Shown: one piece after another, positions 60,951-64,000 of the stretch | How the letters are laid out: every line of letters starts with the position of its first letter | Position numbering within the stretch: the stretch's first letter is position 1 | Notes under the pieces: generated by a model | What the model saw: only the letters and a program-made list of their open reading frames with translations | What the model was told of the DNA's origin: nothing | Database searches by the model: none | NCBI RefSeq assembly: GCF_963921235.1 | Contig: NC_086108.1 | Coordinates: 18,352,001 to 18,416,000, forward strand | DNA: 64,000 nucleotides | Source: Mobula hypostoma | Taxonomy: Eukaryota | Direction of reading: 5' to 3' | Translations under genes and position numbers: made by a program

Positions 60951-63080
60951 ACCATAGAAACCATAGAAACTACAGCACAGAAACAGGCCTTTTGGCCCTT
61001 CTTGGCTGTGCCGAACCATTTTCTGCCTAGTCCCACTGACCTGCACACGGACCATATCCCTCCATACACCTCCCATCCATGTATCTGTCCAATTTATTCT
61101 TAAATATTAAAAAAGAACCCGTATTTACCACCTTGTCTGGCAGCTCATTCCATACTCCCACCCCACTCTGTGTGAAGAAGCCCCGCCTAATGTTCCCTTT
61201 AAACTTTCCCCCCCCCTCACCCTTAACCCATGTCCTCTGGTTTTTTTCTCCCCTTGCCTCAGTGGAAAAAGCCTGCTTGCATTCACTCTATCTATACCCA
61301 CCATAATTTTATATACCTCTATCAAATCTCCCCTCATTCTTCTACGCTCCAGGGAATAAAGTCCTAACCTATTCAACCTTTCTCTGTAACTGAGTTTCTC
61401 AAGTCCCGGCAACATCCTTGTAAACCTTCTCTGCATTTTTTCAACCTTATTTATATCCTTCCTGTAATTTGGTGACCAAAACTGAACACAATATTCCAGA
61501 TTCGGCCTCACCAATGCCTTATACAACCTCATCATAACATTCCAGCTCTTACACTCAATACTTTGATTAATAAAGACCAATGTACCAAAAGCTCTCTTTA
61601 CGACCCTTTTAGGGACGCCACTTTTAGGGAATTTTGTATCTGTATTCCCAGATCCCTCTGTTCCACTGCACTCCTCAGTGCCTTACCATTAATCCTGTAT
61701 GTTCTACGTTGGTTTGTCCTTCCAACGTGCAATACCTCACACTTGTCAGTATTAAACTCCATCTGCCATTTTTCAGCCCATTTTTCCAGCTGGTCCAAGT
61801 CCCTCTGCAGGCTCTGAAAACCTTCCTCACTGTCTACTACACCTCCAATCTTTGTATCATCAGCAAACTTGCTGATCCAATTTACCACATTAGCATCCAG
61901 ATCATTGATATAGATGACAAATAACAATGGACCCAGCACTGATCCCTGTGGCACACCACTAGACACAGGCCTCCACTCAGAGAAGCAATTCCCTACCACC
62001 ACTCTCTGGCTTCTTCCATCGAGCCAATGTCTAATCCAATTTACCACCTCTCCATGTATACCTAGCGACTGAATTTTCCTAACTAACCTCCCATGCAGGA
62101 CCTTGTCAAAGGCCTTACTGAAGTCCATGTAGACAATATCCACTGCCTTCCCTTCATCCACTTTCCCGGTAACCTCCTCGAAAAATTCCAATAGATTGGT
62201 CAAACATGACCTACCACGTACAAAGCCATGTTGACTCTCCCTAATAAGTCCCTGTCTATCCAAATGCTTGTAGATTCCGTCCCTTAGTACTCCCTCCAAT
62301 AACTTACCTACTACCGACGTTAAACTTACTGGCCTATAATTTCCCGGATTACTTTTCGATCCTCTTTTAAACAACGGAACAACATGAGCCAATCTCCAAT
62401 CCTCCGGCACCTCACCTGTAGACAGCGACATTTTAAATATTTCAGCCAGGGCCCCTGCAATTTCAACACTAGTCTCCTTCAAGGTCCAAGGGAACACCCT
62501 GTCAGGTCCCGGGGATTTATCCACTTTAATTTTCCTCAAGACAGCAAGGACCTCCTCCTTTTCAATCTGTACAGTTTCCATGATCTCACTACTTGTTTCC
62601 CTTAATGCCATAGACTTCATGCCAATTTCCTTAGTAAATACAGATGCAAAAAACCTGTTTAAGATCTCCCCAATTTCCTTTGGTTCCGCACATAGCCAAC
62701 CACTCTGATCTTCAAGAGGACCAATTTTATCCCTTACAATCCTTTTGCTCTTAATATACCTGTAAAAGCTCTTTGGATTATCCTTCACTTTGACTGCCAA
62801 GGCAACCTCATGTCTTCTTTTAGCCCTCCTGATTTCTTTCTTAAGTATTTTCTTGCACTTCTTATACTCCTCAAGCACCTTATTTACTCCCTGCTTCCTA
62901 TACACGTCATGCAACTCCCTCTTCTTCTTTATCAGAGTTGCAATATCCCTTGAGAACCAAGGTTCCTTATTCCTATTCACCTTGCCTTTAATCCTGACAG
63001 GAACATACAAATTCTGCACTCTCAAAATTTCTGCTTTGAAGGCTTCCCACCTACCGATCACATCCATGCCAGAGAACAAC
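60951..63080 (-). mobile_element. CR1 subfamily D, 5'-truncated
   Basis: ORFs 61598-63172 and 61125-61580; (accatagaa)n tail; sits in an older + strand CR1 remnant (58730-59190, 60670-60950, 63100-63145). Confidence 0.95.
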
Positions 63081-63147
63081 CATAAAAGATTGAAACATTC
63101 AAACATAAAAGATTTTAAAAGGGCTTGATAGGTTAGATGTGGAGATA

Positions 63148-64000
63148 CGGTGGCATGCAAAAGTTTGGGCACCTCTGGTCAAAATTTCCGTTACTGTGAA
63201 CAGTTAAGTGAGTAGAAGATGAACTGATCTCCAAAAGCCGTAAAGTTCAAGATGAAACATTCTTTCCAACATTTTAAGCAAGATTAGTGTGCTATTTTTG
63301 TTTTGTACAATTTTAGAGTGAAAAAAAGGAAAGGAGCACCATGCAAAAGTTTGGGCACCCTAAGAGATTTGAGCCCTCAGGTGACTTTTACCAAGGTCTC
63401 AGACCTTAATTAGCTTGTTAGGGCTATGGCTTGTTCACAGTCATCGTTGGGATAGGCCAGGTGATACAAATTTCAAAGCTTTTTAATACCCTCACTCCTC
63501 AAACCTTGTCTCAACAATCAGCAGCCATGGCATCCTCGAAGCAGTTGCTTAGCACTCTGAAAATTAAAATAAATGATGCCCACAAAGCAGGCGAAGGCTA
63601 TAAGAAGATAGCAAAGCATTTTCAGGTAGCGTTTTCCTCAGTTCATAATGTAATTAAGAAATTACATGGCAGTTAACAGCAATGGTGGAGGTCAAGTTGA
63701 GGTCTGGAAGACCAAGAAAACTTTCCAAGGTAACTGCTTGTAGGATTGCTAGAAAGGCAAATCAAAATCCCCGTTTGACTGCAAAAGACCTTCAGGAAGA
63801 TTTAGCAGACTCTGGAGTGATGGTGCACTGTTCTACTGTGCAGCAACACCGGCACAAATATGACCTTCATGGAAGAGTCATCAGAAGAAAACTTTTCCTG
63901 CATCTTCACCATAAAATTCAGCGTCAGAAGTTTGCAAAGGAACATCTAAACAACCCTGATGCATTTTGGAAACAAGTCCTGTGGACTGATGAAGTTAAAA
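63148..64000 (+). mobile_element. Tc1-like DNA transposon, left end and frameshifted transposase (runs off the window)
   Basis: TA then CGGTGGCATGCAAAAGTTTGGGCACC; inner direct repeat ATGCAAAAGTTTGGGCACC at 63341; ATG 63527 MASSKQL...HKAGEGYKKIAK; then RSGRPRK, NPRLTAKDL, FWKQVLWTDEVK. Confidence 0.93.

Noticed and set aside
54798..64000. Terminal PBX exon (ANGGWQDATTPSSV...)
   Set aside because: No matching sequence found; it presumably lies beyond the window.

Overview
Eukaryotic (vertebrate) genomic DNA. The repeat landscape suggests a cartilaginous fish, which is inference only. The window holds four coding exons of a PBX-family TALE homeobox gene on the + strand: 2665-2800, 5909-6068, 52632-52744 and 54708-54797. 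Their sizes (136/160/113/90 nt) and phases match PBX1 exons 5-8 as I recall them; the upstream and last exons lie outside the window. The introns, including a 46.5-kb one, are mostly nested transposons. These include at least five CR1 LINE subfamilies, Rex1/Babar and L2 fragments, a Dong/R4-like element, Penelope-like hairpins, SINEs, 80-bp hAT MITEs and a Tc1 element, plus a 37-bp minisatellite. Almost every long ORF in the track is CR1-derived. The best leads are: (1) a conserved T-TTA-AAC slippery heptamer at the ORF1/ORF2 junction of three CR1 subfamilies, a candidate programmed -1 frameshift; (2) two frame-preserving 87-nt candidate cassette exons in the giant PBX intron; (3) loss of the b-isoform stop codon; (4) a minisatellite apparently born from a LINE 3' end; (5) tail-guided insertion hotspots. 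Repeat boundaries are approximate unless a TSD is cited.
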